Assembly: GCF_000354175.2 (NCBI RefSeq)
Contig: NC_022349.1
Coordinates: forward strand, 750,001 to 782,000
Length of the DNA: 32,000 nucleotides
Origin: Vibrio alginolyticus NBRC 15630 = ATCC 17749
GTDB taxonomy: Bacteria > Pseudomonadota > Gammaproteobacteria > Enterobacterales > Vibrionaceae
Direction: 5' to 3'
Position numbers and translations under genes: made by a program. This document shows, in pieces, positions 31,551-32,000 of this stretch. Below the pieces are notes generated by a model. It saw nothing but the letters and a program-made list of their open reading frames with translations. It did not search any database and was not told where the DNA came from. The stretch's first letter is position 1, and every line of letters begins with the position of its first letter.

Positions 31551-31573
31551 GATTGAGGGACTCGCCCTCAATC
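31551..31573. terminator. Hairpin 14 nt downstream of the ABC ATPase stop (probable terminator; orientation ambiguous)
   Basis: GATTGAGGG-actcg-CCCTCAATC. The T-tract (AAATTTTCTTTTT) is on the + strand side only. Confidence 0.35.
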
Positions 31574-31587
31574 AAATTTTCTTTTTA

Positions 31588-32000
31588 TTATAAGACTTTA
31601 GATAAAAACTTCTGCAATCTAGGGTTGGTGGGGTTATCAAAAAATCGCTCAGGAGAGTCAGAAACCAAAAGCTCACCATCTTCCATAAACAACACCCTAT
31701 CAGCGACCTCTTTTGCGAAACCCATTTCATGAGTAACCACGACCATCGTCATTCCGTCCTTGGCCAAATCTTTCATCACATCAAGAACTTCTCCAACCAT
31801 TTCAGGGTCTAGTGCTGATGTGGGTTCATCAAACAACATAATATTGGGCTTCATTGCTAACGCACGAGCGATTGCGACGCGCTGCTGCTGTCCACCTGAT
31901 AAATGATTAGGATAATTATCCATTCTCTCCGACAGACCGACTTTATAAAGCAAATCTTTTGCTTCTTTCTTCATCGATTCAGGGTCACGTTTAGAAACCT
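31588..32000 (-). CDS. Amino-acid ABC transporter ATP-binding protein (GlnQ/HisP-like); C-terminal part only, N-terminus beyond the right edge
   Basis: ABC signature [15 protein letters not shown], Walker [13 protein letters not shown] and H-loop VVVTHEM are present. The frame stays open upstream of the track's Met at 31974 through to position 32000 (..[12 protein letters not shown]..), and the Walker A motif is not in the window. Confidence 0.85.
   Translation of the reverse strand, partial: VSKRDPESMKKEAKDLLYKVGLSERMDNYPNHLSGGQQQRVAIARALAMKPNIMLFDEPTSALDPEMVGEVLDVMKDLAKDGMTMVVVTHEMGFAKEVADRVLFMEDGELLVSDSPERFFDNPTNPRLQKFLSKVL

Noticed and set aside
31312-31587. A SAM/SAH-type riboswitch upstream of the homocysteine methyltransferase.
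   Set aside because: I could not recognise any conserved riboswitch core by eye. Only a generic 9-bp hairpin (31551-31573) is present, and it is better explained as the ABC operon terminator.
16400-32000. A genomic island, defence system or mobile element in the right half of the window.
   Set aside because: I saw no integrase, transposase, tRNA attachment site, direct-repeat boundaries, nucleases or NTPase/helicase-type defence genes. The genes present are regulators, oxidoreductases and transporters.

Overview
The window has three parts. (1) Positions 1-11417 are the 5' portion of one giant minus-strand gene that the supplied ORF track misses, because it has no stop codon inside the window. 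My own translation from the ATG at 11417 gives a LapA/BapA-like type I secretion (T1SS) adhesin. It has an N-terminal retention-module-like region with a PAAG di-alanine motif, then at least 39 cadherin-like/Ig-like domains of about 92-104 aa. Thirty-six of these form 12 tandem 834-bp tri-domain units (75-10385), which contain long perfectly identical DNA tracts and one unique 312-bp inserted domain. All the + strand ORFs listed over this region are antisense artefacts. (2) Positions 11418-16431 hold an AT-rich divergent control region followed by four + strand genes. These are a TolC-family T1SS outer-membrane protein, a translationally coupled OmpA-like protein with thrombospondin-type-3 Ca-binding repeats, a DUF2750 protein, and a diguanylate cyclase with a signal peptide, periplasmic TPR domain, TM helix and GGEEF domain. 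No LapD, LapG, ABC or MFP genes are visible. This adhesin accessory module is the best candidate for something not yet characterised. (3) Positions 16.4-32 kb are ordinary accessory-type chromosome. They carry five regulator/oxidoreductase cassettes (IclR+SDR, LysR+DkgB-like AKR, LysR+LLM, TetR+MDR, GlxA+isochorismatase), an MFS transporter, an orphan amino-acid binding protein, an ArsP-like permease with a Cys-rich loop, a second MDR dehydrogenase, a homocysteine S-methyltransferase and the 3' part of an amino-acid ABC ATPase. By eye I saw no rRNA, tRNA, CRISPR, transposase, integrase or phage genes. The taxon is probably a marine gammaproteobacterium (Vibrionaceae-like); this is inference only.
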